Below, piece by piece: positions 20,010-30,431 of a stretch of DNA of 60,658 nucleotides. The stretch is from the NCBI GenBank assembly GCA_964586735.1, contig CAZPIN010000144.1:1-60658 (forward strand), in the 5' to 3' direction. The position numbers and the translations under genes are program-made. The stretch's first letter is position 1. Each line of letters opens with the position of its first letter. The notes below the pieces were generated by a model, which was not told the DNA's origin, ran no database searches, and saw nothing but the letters and a program-made list of their open reading frames with translations. This DNA is from an uncultured Rhodobacterales bacterium (GTDB lineage Bacteria; Pseudomonadota; Alphaproteobacteria; Rhodobacterales; CAZPXZ01).

Positions 20010-20038
20010 ATTATTTAGGACCTCTGCGCGAATGTCAA
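20010..20038 (-). promoter_or_regulatory. Sigma70-type promoter for the AT-hook gene
   Basis: TTGACA-17 nt-AATAAT on the minus strand. Confidence 0.65.
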
Positions 20039-20042
20039 TAGG

Positions 20043-20606
20043 TCAATTTGCGTTTTGCAAATTTCGCCCGCAGCGGCGCCCGCCTCGCATGCCGCCGGGA
20101 TTCACGATAACCCGCGTTCGCCGCTCCCAGCGCCCGAGCATCCACAGCAGGTCAGGCTTGCGAAACGCGACGCACCCCGCCGTTGGACGGCCAAGCCGGT
20201 CGGCGACATGCAGGAATACCGCGCTGCCACGACCGGCTATGGCAGGACCGAAATTGTAATCGAGCGGCGCCACGAGATCGTAGAGGCCCGACGCGAGCCA
20301 CATGGATTCGCATCCATGGGAATGCGGACGGCGCACTGGCTGGTTGTAGCGTTCGTCCTCCGGATCGTCCGACCATCCGTCGCTCCGGCGCAGCGGCAGC
20401 GCGTCCAGACGCGTTGCGGGCCTGCAAATGCGGTCAGGCCGATACAGCACGAACATCGCGGAATAAACGCCCGCCGGCGTGGCGCCATCGCCCTCGACCT
20501 TGTCCGCGCGAATGCCGCCTCTGCCAATTCGGCACGGCATCATGCGCCCGCGGAACCGCGCCCGTCCGCCCGCCACCACAAGATCGCATGCCCGCGGCGC
20601 GGTCAT
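20043..20606 (-). CDS. L,D-transpeptidase (YkuD) family protein
   Basis: KVEGDGATPAG, WSDDP, GSAVFLH..PTAGCVA. Confidence 0.92.
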   Translation of the reverse strand: MTAPRACDLVVAGGRARFRGRMMPCRIGRGGIRADKVEGDGATPAGVYSAMFVLYRPDRICRPATRLDALPLRRSDGWSDDPEDERYNQPVRRPHSHGCESMWLASGLYDLVAPLDYNFGPAIAGRGSAVFLHVADRLGRPTAGCVAFRKPDLLWMLGRWERRTRVIVNPGGMRGGRRCGRNLQNAN

Positions 20607-21694
20607 TGTTCGCTATGGCGCCGAGCCTTGGCGTCAAGATAGGCGGCGCTGTGGGGATTGCCTTCGACGTCGAGCGGAATGCATTCGGCGACTTCCACTC
20701 CTGCCCGCTCGAGCGCCCGCGCCTTCTCCGGATTGCTGGTCAGCAGCCGTATGGACGCGTGGCCAAGGCTGCGCAGGATGGCGGCGGCAATTGCGAAATC
20801 GCGATGGTCCTCGGCAAATCCCATCCGGCGATTCGCCTCATACGTGTCGTAACCGAGGTCCTGCAGCTGGTATGCCCGCATCTTGTTGGCGAGGCCAATT
20901 CCCCGTCCCTCCTGCTGCAGCACCACCAGCACGCCGGCGCCGAGCCTGGCCATTTCCGCCAGCGCCGCCGCAAGCTGCTCGCCGCAGTCGCAGCGAAGCG
21001 AGCCGAGCAGATCGCCCGTCATGCATGATGAATGCACCCGCGCCAATGGCGGCTCGCCCTGCCGAGGAGCGCCGACAACAAGCGCCAGATGCTCGTCTCC
21101 AGAATCGGGGTCGCGATACATGTAGGCCGATGAATCGGGCGCTCCCCGCACCGGCAGTTTTGCCCGCGCCGTCAGCTCCGGCGTCCCGGGCTTCATTTCC
21201 GCCGCCTCGCAGGCGGTGCAGTCCCGCATCCACTCCGGCGCCGGCAGCGCTGGCCGAACGATCACCGCGGCGGGCAGCAGGCTCGACTCTCGCACCAATT
21301 GAATCGCATACCGCGCGCCCTGCGCGTCGCTGCCGCGCAGCGATTCAAACGGCCCCTTGAGAGGCTCCGCCAGATCGCGGGACGGGTCCGCCATCGCCCG
21401 CAGCCGCCTGGCGTCAACGTCGGCGCCAATCGGCACCAGCGCGACGTCGCCGTCATACACCCGCACGCTCAGCGTCTCGGCGCGATGCCGTGAAATGGCC
21501 AGAGCCACATCGCCCTCTGCCGTCTCGCGCAGCACCTGCAGCCAGCGGTCCTCGGCAACGGACGCCGCCAGCGCCAGCAGTCCGCCACCGCCACCGGGCG
21601 CGGTAATCAGCACGGGCAAGCCGAGACGCAGGTCGGCGCGGGCGCGGGCGCGCAGGTCGACTGGGTTAAACGGCGTTACGGAACGCATGGACAT
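20603..21694 (-). CDS. ribA: GTP cyclohydrolase II
   Basis: RVHSSCMTGDLLGSLRCDCGEQL, QEGRGIGLANK, LLTSNPEK. Confidence 0.94.
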   Translation of the reverse strand: MSMRSVTPFNPVDLRARARADLRLGLPVLITAPGGGGGLLALAASVAEDRWLQVLRETAEGDVALAISRHRAETLSVRVYDGDVALVPIGADVDARRLRAMADPSRDLAEPLKGPFESLRGSDAQGARYAIQLVRESSLLPAAVIVRPALPAPEWMRDCTACEAAEMKPGTPELTARAKLPVRGAPDSSAYMYRDPDSGDEHLALVVGAPRQGEPPLARVHSSCMTGDLLGSLRCDCGEQLAAALAEMARLGAGVLVVLQQEGRGIGLANKMRAYQLQDLGYDTYEANRRMGFAEDHRDFAIAAAILRSLGHASIRLLTSNPEKARALERAGVEVAECIPLDVEGNPHSAAYLDAKARRHSEQ

Positions 21695-21769
21695 TGGCTT
21701 TCCACAAAGTTGACGGCGGCACTATACAATTGACGACCGCGGTCAACGTTTCCCCAGCGGATATAGGGA

Positions 21770-22375
21770 ATGCAGCATCGAATCGCCGTACGGATCAAGG
21801 ACGACCTGCTGCGCAGGGCGCTGGTCGAGCAAATTGACGACACGGCGGACCTGGAGACGGACGGCGACGGCATGGCAAGGCCGCCGGACCTGGTGGTCTC
21901 GGACTCTCCCGTCGACGCGGGCTGCGCAAGCCTGATTCTCGGCGCGCCTCCGGCCTCGCCGCGGGACGGCGAAGAATACATCCAGCTGCCTGTGCGCCTG
22001 TCCAGCCTTCTGGCCCGCATCCGCGAACGTCTGCGCAAAAAGTCCAAGACTGCCGACTATCAAATCGGCGCCGCCCTGCTCATTCCTTCGCAGCGCACTT
22101 TGCTTGACGCGGACGGGCAGGCGTACGTACTGACAGCCAAGCAGAGCGACATGCTTGCCTGCCTGTGCGAATCGGATGGCCGCCGCGTCTCCCGTGCCAA
22201 TTTGCTTATTTCCATCTGGAACTACCCGCCCGACAGAAAGACGCACACGGTCGAAACCCACGCGTCGCAGCTGCGGACGATACTTCGGCGAGCGGACGCT
22301 GGGGTGCATCTGGAATACGAGAACGGCTCCTACCGCCTGGCGCCCATCCAGGATTCCGGCGAGGACTCCTCCTAA
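21770..22375 (+). CDS. OmpR-type winged-helix regulator with a degenerate receiver domain
   Basis: LTAKQSDML, VSRANLLISIWNY, THTVETHASQLR. Confidence 0.85.
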   Translation: MQHRIAVRIKDDLLRRALVEQIDDTADLETDGDGMARPPDLVVSDSPVDAGCASLILGAPPASPRDGEEYIQLPVRLSSLLARIRERLRKKSKTADYQIGAALLIPSQRTLLDADGQAYVLTAKQSDMLACLCESDGRRVSRANLLISIWNYPPDRKTHTVETHASQLRTILRRADAGVHLEYENGSYRLAPIQDSGEDSS

Positions 22376-22396
22376 GGGCAGCAGCGCCGAGGCGGA

Positions 22397-25300
22397 CTAC
22401 ATTCCCGCGCCCTGGCCGGATGCCGCCTGCCCTTCGTCCGACAGCGGATGCTCCAGCCGGTCGACCATCTCGCGCGGACAGACCTGCCAGAACCTTGTCC
22501 TCTCGCGGTCCCAGTCCAGCAGCAGGTGGCGGGCAAGCGGCGAGTCCGTGGCCTGGGCGTGCTCGACGACGAGCATCCTGAGCCGCTCCTCCCAGTGGGC
22601 GGAGGCGAGACGCATGGCCAACGCCGTCTCATCGTTGAGGTGGTCGAGAAACGAATCGCCGCGGTCGTATACGTAGGCCATGCCACCGGTCATGCCGGCC
22701 GCAAAATTGTCTCCCACTGCGCCAAGCAGCACGGCGACGCCGCCGGTCATGTACTCGCAGCCGTTGGCGCCGCATCCCTCGACGACAGCCTCGGCACCGG
22801 AGTTGCGCACCGCGAACCGCTCTCCCGCCTGGCCGCTGGCGTACAGCCTCCCGCCCGTGGCGCCGTACAGTACGGTGTTGCCGATGATGGCGTTGTGGTG
22901 GTTGACGAGGTCGCTGCCCAGAGGCGGGCGCACCACCAGCGTGCCGCCGGACAGCCCCTTGCCGACGTAGTCGTTGGCGTCGCCCATCACCTCGATTCGC
23001 AGCCCGCGGGCGGCGAAGGCGCCGAGCGACTGCCCGGCCGACCCCTCCAGGCGAAGCGTCAGGTGTCCATCCCGCAGCGGCGTGTCGGTTTTGCGGACGA
23101 TGCGGGATGACACGCGGGCGCCAATGGCCCGCTGGGTGTTGCGCACCGTGTAGGAGAGCTCCATCCGCTTGCCCTCCTGGAAAAACGGCGCGGCGTCGCG
23201 GATGATGTCGGCGTCGAGGGTGTCGGGCACCTCCGTCCGTCCGGTAAAGCGCGACCGCCGCAGCACCGCATCCTCCGGCACCTCCACCTGGGAGAGCAGC
23301 GGACTGAGATCGAGATCGTCGAGATGGTCCGCGCCCCTGCTGACCTGGGCCAGCAGATCGGTGCGGCCGACAATCTCGTCGATGGAGCGCGCGCCGATTT
23401 GGGCGAGGATTTCGCGCACCTCGCCGGCCAGCAGGGTGAACAGCGACACCACCTTGTCGGGGCTGCCGGTGAACTTCTCCCGCAGGCTTGGGTTTTGGGT
23501 GCAGACGCCCACCGGGCATGTGTTGGAGTGGCACTGGCGCACCATGATGCATCCCATCGACACCAGGGCGGCCGTGCCCACGCCGTATTCCTCGGCCCCC
23601 ATCATCGCCGCCATCACCACGTCCCGCCCGGTGCGAATCGATCCGTCGGTGCGCAGCGTCACCCGCTCGCGCAGGCCGTTGAGGGTCAGCACCTGGTGGG
23701 CCTCGGTCAGGCCCATTTCCCAGGGCAGGCCGGCGTACTTGATGGAGGTCTGCGGCGAAGCGCCGGTGCCGCCGTTGTGGCCGGAGATCAGGATGACGTC
23801 GGCCTTGGCCTTGGCAACGCCGGCGGCGATGGTGCCGACGCCGGTCGACGCCACCAGCTTGACGGTGACCCGCGCCTCGGGATTGGCCTGCTTGAGGTCG
23901 TAGATCAGCTGGGCGAGATCCTCGATGGAGTAGATGTCGTGGTGCGGCGGCGGCGAGATCAGGGTGACGCCGGGCGTGGCGTGGCGCAGCCGGGCGATGG
24001 TCTCGGTGACCTTGAAGCCGGGCAGCTGGCCGCCCTCGCCGGGCTTGGCGCCCTGGGCGATCTTGATCTCCAGCTCCTCGCAGGCGTTGAGGTACTCGAT
24101 GGTGACGCCGAAGCGCCCGGACGCCACCTGCTTGATCTTGGCGGCGCGGTTCTCGCCGTCGGGCGCCGGCTTCGACTGCTCCGGATCCTCGCCGCCCTCG
24201 CCCGAGTCGGAGCGGGCGCCGATTCGGTTCATGGCGATGTTGAGCGTCTCGTGGGCCTCGGGGCTCAGCGCCCCCAGCGACATGCCCGGGGTGACGAAGC
24301 GGCGGCGAATCGACGTGACCGACTCGACCTTCTCGATGGACACGGGCCCCTGCCGCGGGCGGAAGTCGAGCAGGTCGCGCAGGTTGATCGGCGGGCGGTC
24401 GTCCAGGGACCGGGAGTACTGCCGCCACAGGTCCTTGCTTTCCTTGGCGCACGCCTCCTGCATCAGGTGCATGTTGCGGGCGTCCCAGGCATGCGTTTCG
24501 CCGCGGGTGCGCGCCGTGTAGATGCCGCCGATAGGCAGCGGCACCACGTCGCCCTGAAACGCCCGATCATGGGCGCCGATGACGCCGCGCTCGATGCCGG
24601 CGAGGCCGATGCCGGAGATCCGGCTCACCACGCCGGGGAAGTACTCCGCCACCAGCGCCCGCGACAGGCCGACGGCCTCGAAGTTGCAGCCGCCGCGGTA
24701 GGAGGAAATCACCGCGATGCCCATCTTGGAGATGATCTTCAGCAGCCCCTGCTCCACCGCCTCACGGTAGCGCTCCAGGCAGTCGCGCAGCGACCGCTTG
24801 CCAAACAGCCCGCGCCGATGGCGGTCGGCGATGCTTTCCTGGGCGAGATAGGCGTTGACGGTGGTGGCGCCGCAGCCGATCAGCACCGCGAAATAGTGCG
24901 GGTCGAAGCACTCGGCGGAGCGCACCGACAGGGAGCAGAACGTCCGCAGCCCCTTCTTGACCAGCCAGCTGTGCACCGCGCTGGTGGCGAGGATCATCGG
25001 CACGGCCACGCGCTCGGCGGACTGGCCCTCGTCGCTCAGGACGATGTTGCTGACGCCGGAGCAGACCGCCTCTTCGGCGTCGCGGCGCAGAGACTCGAGG
25101 GCTCCGCGCAGCGGCTCGGCGCCTGCCGCCGGGTCGAACACGCAGTCCAGCATGCGGCTGTCCTCGCCGAAGTGCTCCTGAATCGCCCTGAACTGCCCGC
25201 TGAGCAGCACCGGACTGTCGATCAGCAGGTTTTCAGACTGCGACCTGCCCTCGTCGAGCACGTTCTTGAGATTGCCGAAGCGGGTGGCGAGACTCATCAC

Positions 25301-26926
25301 GCGGTGCTCGCGCAGCGGATCGATGGGCGGATTGGTGACCTGCGAGAAGTTCTGCCGGAAGTAGTGGCTGAGCGGCCGGTAGCGCTCCGACAGCACCGCC
25401 AATGGCGCGTCGTCGCCCATCGACCCCACCGCCTCCTTGGCCCCCTCGACCATCGGGTGGATGATCGCCTCCAGGTCCTCAATCGAGTAGCCGGCGGCAG
25501 CCTGGCGGCGGCGCAGCTCGGCGGAGTCGTAGGCCATCTTCTCGGCGGCGGAGCGGATGCGCGGCCCCAGATCGACGATGCTGCGGGTCCACTCCTCGTA
25601 CGGATGCGCCGCCGCCAGCGCGTCCTTGATCTCCTCGTCGTGCAGCAGCTTGCCGCGCTCCAAATTGACCCCCAGCATCTGGCCGGGGCCAAGGCGGCCC
25701 TTTTCGGTCACGCTGCCGGCGGGCAGCGCCACCATGCCGGTCTCGGACCCGGCCACCACCAGGCCGTCGCTGGTCACCGCGTAGCGCATCGGCCGCAGAC
25801 CGTTGCGGTCCATGCCAGCGATCACCCACGCGCCGTCCGTGGCCACCAGGGCCGCCGGGCCGTCCCAGGGCTCCATGATGGCGCTGGCGTAGCGGTAGAG
25901 CTGGCGCCAGGAATCGGGCATGGCCGTGGCGCGCTTGGACGACGCCTCCGGCACGAGGACTGTCTTGGCCATCGGCGCGTCGCGGCCGGCGCGCACGAAC
26001 ACCTCGAACACCGCGTCCAGCGCGCCCGAATCGGAGGCGCCGTCCGGGATGATCGGCTTGATGTCTTTGGCCTGCCTGCCGAACGCCTCGTGGGCAAGCC
26101 GGATCTCGTGCGACCGCATCCAGCTGGCGTTGCCGCGCAGCGTGTTGATCTCGCCGTTGTGGGCGATGGTGCGGAACGGCTGGGCAAGCCACCACTGCGG
26201 AAACGTGTTGGTGGAGTACCGCTGGTGATAGAGGATGTAGGCGGACTGGAATCTCGAATCCTGAAGGTCCGGATAGAAGGAGGCGACCTGCTCGGCGAGC
26301 ATCATGCCCTTGTACACCAGCGACCGGCACGACAGGGAGCAGACGTAGAAGCCCGACACCCGCGCCTGCACGGCCCGCCGCTCGATGCGCCGCCGGGCGA
26401 TGTACAGCTCGCGCTCGTACTCCTCGTCCGAAACGTCCCGGGGATTGGCGATCATGATCTGGGCGATCTCGGGGCGGCCGGCGTTTGCCGTGGCGCCCAG
26501 CACCGACACGTCCACCGGCACATGCCGCCAGCCGTAGAGAAAGTAGCCGGCGGCGACCAGCTCCGACTCGACGATGGTGCGGCAGGTCTCCTGGGCGGCA
26601 AGGTCGGTGCGGGGCAGGAAGAGATGGCCGACGGCAAGCCTGCCCGCGTTGGGCTCGTGGCCAGTCTTGCGAATCTCGTCGTCGAAGAACGCCGGCGGTA
26701 TCTGCAGCAGCACCCCCGCGCCGTCGCCGGTCTTGCCGTCGGCGGCGACCGCGCCGCGGTGCCAGACGTTGCCCAGCGCCTCGATTCCCTTTTCCACCAC
26801 CTCCCGGCGCGGTGCGCCGTCGATGGCGGCGACGAAGCCCACGCCGCAGCTGTCCCGCTCGGTGTCGGGCAGGTACATGCCCTCGGCTGCCAGCCGCCGC
26901 GCGGCGGCGTATCTCGATTCGTCCAT
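22397..26926 (-). CDS. gltB: Glutamate synthase large subunit
   Basis: DSCGVGF, HRGAVAADGKTGDGAG, HQRYSTNT, KIAQGAKPGEGGQLPG, CHSNTCPVGVCTQ; start at the ATG after GGAGGG. Confidence 0.97.
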   Translation of the reverse strand: MDESRYAAARRLAAEGMYLPDTERDSCGVGFVAAIDGAPRREVVEKGIEALGNVWHRGAVAADGKTGDGAGVLLQIPPAFFDDEIRKTGHEPNAGRLAVGHLFLPRTDLAAQETCRTIVESELVAAGYFLYGWRHVPVDVSVLGATANAGRPEIAQIMIANPRDVSDEEYERELYIARRRIERRAVQARVSGFYVCSLSCRSLVYKGMMLAEQVASFYPDLQDSRFQSAYILYHQRYSTNTFPQWWLAQPFRTIAHNGEINTLRGNASWMRSHEIRLAHEAFGRQAKDIKPIIPDGASDSGALDAVFEVFVRAGRDAPMAKTVLVPEASSKRATAMPDSWRQLYRYASAIMEPWDGPAALVATDGAWVIAGMDRNGLRPMRYAVTSDGLVVAGSETGMVALPAGSVTEKGRLGPGQMLGVNLERGKLLHDEEIKDALAAAHPYEEWTRSIVDLGPRIRSAAEKMAYDSAELRRRQAAAGYSIEDLEAIIHPMVEGAKEAVGSMGDDAPLAVLSERYRPLSHYFRQNFSQVTNPPIDPLREHRVMSLATRFGNLKNVLDEGRSQSENLLIDSPVLLSGQFRAIQEHFGEDSRMLDCVFDPAAGAEPLRGALESLRRDAEEAVCSGVSNIVLSDEGQSAERVAVPMILATSAVHSWLVKKGLRTFCSLSVRSAECFDPHYFAVLIGCGATTVNAYLAQESIADRHRRGLFGKRSLRDCLERYREAVEQGLLKIISKMGIAVISSYRGGCNFEAVGLSRALVAEYFPGVVSRISGIGLAGIERGVIGAHDRAFQGDVVPLPIGGIYTARTRGETHAWDARNMHLMQEACAKESKDLWRQYSRSLDDRPPINLRDLLDFRPRQGPVSIEKVESVTSIRRRFVTPGMSLGALSPEAHETLNIAMNRIGARSDSGEGGEDPEQSKPAPDGENRAAKIKQVASGRFGVTIEYLNACEELEIKIAQGAKPGEGGQLPGFKVTETIARLRHATPGVTLISPPPHHDIYSIEDLAQLIYDLKQANPEARVTVKLVASTGVGTIAAGVAKAKADVILISGHNGGTGASPQTSIKYAGLPWEMGLTEAHQVLTLNGLRERVTLRTDGSIRTGRDVVMAAMMGAEEYGVGTAALVSMGCIMVRQCHSNTCPVGVCTQNPSLREKFTGSPDKVVSLFTLLAGEVREILAQIGARSIDEIVGRTDLLAQVSRGADHLDDLDLSPLLSQVEVPEDAVLRRSRFTGRTEVPDTLDADIIRDAAPFFQEGKRMELSYTVRNTQRAIGARVSSRIVRKTDTPLRDGHLTLRLEGSAGQSLGAFAARGLRIEVMGDANDYVGKGLSGGTLVVRPPLGSDLVNHHNAIIGNTVLYGATGGRLYASGQAGERFAVRNSGAEAVVEGCGANGCEYMTGGVAVLLGAVGDNFAAGMTGGMAYVYDRGDSFLDHLNDETALAMRLASAHWEERLRMLVVEHAQATDSPLARHLLLDWDRERTRFWQVCPREMVDRLEHPLSDEGQAASGQGAGM

Positions 26927-26940
26927 GATGATTCCCTCCG

Positions 26941-28340
26941 TCATGCCGCCAGCGGCACCGCCGCGACGCTCTCCGATTTGGCGTCCAGCTTGCGGTGAAT
27001 CGCCGCCGCCGCCGCCCTGCCGTCGTGAATGGCCCAGACCACCAGCGACGCGCCGCGCACGATGTCGCCCGCACCGTCCCCCAGTTGGTGATCTCGGGCG
27101 AACTGTCCCCCCAAAGACGCTCGGCGTCCTCGGGGTCGAATCCAAGCGCCTTGATCACCAGTCCGGCGTCAAGGTCGAAGTCGGATCCCTCCACTTCCTC
27201 TGGCGCGCGGCGGCCTGTCAGGTCCGGCGCTCCCAGCCGCATGCGCCGTGCGCGGATGCCGCGCACCGCGCCCTCTCCATGAAACGCCTTCGGCGCCGAC
27301 AGCCACTCGAAGCGGACGCCCTCTTCCTCGGCGTGCGCCACTTCCCGGCGCGAGCCCGGCATGTTGCCGCGGTCCCGGCGGTAGAGGCAGCGCACCGAGG
27401 CAGCCCCCTGCCGCACCGCGGTGCGTACGCAGTCCATCGCCGTGTCGCCGCCGCCAACCACCACGATATCGCGGCCCGCCGCGTTGAGAACGCCGCTGTC
27501 AAACGTCTCGACCGAATCGCCGAGGCCCTTGCGGTTGGAGGCGACCAGATAGTCGAGCGCCTGCACGATCCCCTCCTGGCCGGATCCCGGTCCGCCCAGA
27601 TCGCGCGGCTTGTACACGCCGCAGGCCAGCAGCACGGCGTCGTGCCGCTGCCGAAGCTGGCCCAGCGAAACGTCGCTGCCGACATCGCAGCCCAGGTGGA
27701 AGGCGACGCCGCCCTCCTCGATCTGGCGAATCCGCCTCAGCACGGTCCGCTTGTCCAGCTTGAAGTTGGGGATGCCGTAGATGAGAAGGCCGCCGGCGCG
27801 GTCGTGCCGGTCGTAGACGGTGACCTGATAGCCCCGTCGACGCAGCCAGTCGGCAGCCGCCAGGCCCGCTGGTCCCGCGCCGACAACGCCCACCGATTCG
27901 GCGCGCTCCGACGGCGGCGCGATGGGGGCTACCCATCCCTCCTCCCAGGCGCGCTCGGTGATGTACCGCTCCACCGCGCCGATGGTGACGGTGCCGTGCC
28001 CGGCCTGCTCGATGACGCAGTTGCCCTCGCAAAGGCGGTCCTGCGGGCAGATGCGGCCGCAGATTTCCGGGAAGGTGTTGGTCGCCTGGCTCAGCTCGTA
28101 AGCCTCATCGAGGCGGCCCTCGGCGGTCAGCTTCAGCCAGTCGGGGATGTTGTTGTGGAGAGGACAGTGAGCCTGGCAGGCCGGCACGCCGCACTGCGAA
28201 CAGCGCGAAGCCTGCTCCGCGGCCAGCCGGGCTGCATACTCGCGGTAGATCTCGTCGAAGTCGTCGCTGCGCTCCTTGGCAATGCGCTTTTCAGGCATTG
28301 TTCCGGCCAAATCGACGAAGGCTAGCATCTGGTTAGCCAT
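26941..28340 (-). pseudogene. gltD: Glutamate synthase small subunit with internal deletion/frameshift near 27070
   Basis: RCSQCGVP, CGRICPQDRLCEG, GAGPAGL, GGGDTAMDC. The C-terminal AGDIVRGASLVVWAIHDGR..* lies in another frame and ends at 26941. Confidence 0.88.
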
Positions 28341-28383
28341 GCATTTCCGTCCTATCTAGAGTGTAGACCATGCTCTTCACAGA

Positions 28384-28412
28384 AAGATAGCGCGGCAAAA
28401 CCGCAGAGTCAA
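28384..28412 (-). promoter_or_regulatory. Sigma70-type promoter for gltDB
   Basis: TTGACT-17 nt-TATCTT on the minus strand. Confidence 0.55.
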
Positions 28413-29415
28413 CCCCTATTGCGGCAGTATTGCTGCACTATCAGCCTAGCGGCGCAGTTTGCGCCTTGCAATCGGCCATCGGCGGCAGACGAAATAGTAC
28501 ACTTTGCGAATCCATTAGGCTGCAAGGCTTACGAGCGGAGCGGAGCTGGGAAATGCCGTCTGCTGCCAGCCGCACACGGGAAGCGTTGCCTCAGACGAAC
28601 AAGCCACGCACGCCGTCCGATGGCTGCTCACACTTCAGATGTGGCGGGCGACGTGCACTCCTGCGCTGGCACCCCAGCGAGCTCCTGGTCCTACTGGTGA
28701 CTCTACCGGATGCCCCAAGCTGGTTCGACCCGCCCAAGATCCGCTTCGATGGGCGATTGGCGCTGCTGGATTGACCGTAGCCAGCCTCCCACCCGAATAT
28801 CGATTCTCATGGCCGTAGATCAGCCAGCCCTGAACACTGGAAGCCCGTCGGCAGCAGGCCACGCGCAGAGCTGCCTCTCTGCGGGAAGGCGGCTGCATAG
28901 CCGAAAATACTACCTGTTCCGAGCAGAGCCGGATTGCACAGCGGCCATAGAACTTGCAACGGCATCTCCAACAGCCTTATCTCGGCTGCCTGCTTCATGG
29001 CCTTCACTATGGACAGAAATACGTCAGCGCCGTGCCTGAAATGAGAGCCTGCCCGAGACGATCAGGCTACCAGCACACAGTCAGCACGATGAGATGCGAG
29101 ACCCAGGGGACTTCATCCTCCATTGCTCTGGCAGTCCCTTGACACCGTCGGAGCTCTCTGCATCATGCGTGCCAGTCTGAGAAGCCCACGTTGGCAGATG
29201 GCGATGCCGCACGAGGAGACTTGCAATTTGGAGCGTCTGCTGCGCGTCAGTAGTCACCTGCCGCTTCGCGAGACGCAGCGGCTGCCTGGCTCCATGAAGG
29301 CACGTGCTTGATGGCATATGCGTTCTACTCATGTCTCACGGCTAGCTATGTATCTGTGAACATGGCGCGAACCCCAAACTCGCCAGTCTTCTGACTGCCT
29401 GGAACAGAGGTTGAA

Positions 29416-30321
29416 ATGGTTTTAAAACACGTTCTTCCCAAAACAAACTGGGGTGACAAGGTAGCGGTCCTGTCAAGTTTCGTCTGGCGAAACAAGCGCT
29501 TGCCGCGTGCAAACGGGGGATATCTTGACGAAAGCTACAAGATGGTCGTTTCAGACACGCTGCTTGATCCGTTGCGGCAGGTTTGCAGCGACAAGGAGCT
29601 CGCGAAGATGTTTATTCAGGCGATGGCTGGGCAGGAGTGCACTCCAAAGACGTACAGCGTACTTCGCAATTGCTCGGAGATCGATGCATATATCCCTGAC
29701 GTAGTTCCCTGCGTCATTAAGCCAACGCACTCCTGCAGGAAGGTTTATTTTCATGAAAAAGCTGGCGAGGAGCTGCCGAAGAAGATGCTGAAGTCATGGC
29801 TTGCCAAGAACAAGTACCTTGGCACAAGAGAAAGAAACTATAAGTACTTGCAGTCCAAAATTATCGTTGAAGAGATGCTTGTTTCTGGTACAGGCGCGCC
29901 ACTGCAGGATTTCAAGGTGCTTTGCATACATGGAGAACCAGTATTTATCCACGTCGACAATAATCGATGGAGCAGTCACACCCGATTGTATTATACGGTA
30001 GACTGGAAGCCGCTGGATATCAGCTGGGTGCAGGCAAAGGGAATTGGACAAGAATCCCGCCCTGAGCAATTGGAAGAGATGCTGGAGATGTCCAGGACTC
30101 TATCGTCACCCTTTGGCCGCGGAGTTGTGAGAGTTGACTTTTACATCGCGGACACAGGATTGAAGGTAGGCGAATTGACGTTCTTTCCAGGAGGCGGAAA
30201 GCATCCGATACAGCCAATTTCGGCGGATAATCTTTTGGGTACCATGTTAAGAGCTGAAAGAGAAGATATACCAATGCTGCGCAATACGCTATGGGAAAGG
30301 CACGGGGGATATGAAAAATGA
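29416..30321 (+). CDS. TupA-like ATP-grasp protein (surface polymer modification)
   Basis: CSDKELAK, VIKPTHSC, RERNYKY..KIIVEEML, DFKVLCIHG, VRVDFY, GELTFFPGGG. Confidence 0.85.
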   Translation: MVLKHVLPKTNWGDKVAVLSSFVWRNKRLPRANGGYLDESYKMVVSDTLLDPLRQVCSDKELAKMFIQAMAGQECTPKTYSVLRNCSEIDAYIPDVVPCVIKPTHSCRKVYFHEKAGEELPKKMLKSWLAKNKYLGTRERNYKYLQSKIIVEEMLVSGTGAPLQDFKVLCIHGEPVFIHVDNNRWSSHTRLYYTVDWKPLDISWVQAKGIGQESRPEQLEEMLEMSRTLSSPFGRGVVRVDFYIADTGLKVGELTFFPGGGKHPIQPISADNLLGTMLRAEREDIPMLRNTLWERHGGYEK

Positions 30322-30431
30322 GGACGGGTTCCACACAGCCTTGCCTGCTCCAAAATTTCAGCTGCCGTGCTCGACTGCCTGTCAGTAGAAGCTAGTAATT
30401 TCCCGATTGAAAGGGCTTTGCCAGTCTACCT

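Noticed and set aside
23324-26998. 1224-aa plus-strand ORF and many similar long antisense ORFs (e.g. 14069-16027, 10238-12289, 44961-46613)
   Set aside because: Shadow frames opposite well-supported high-GC3 genes, with no motifs of their own
25479-28340. 953-aa GltD fusion protein
   Set aside because: The length results from the frameshift near 27070 running into an off-frame of gltB
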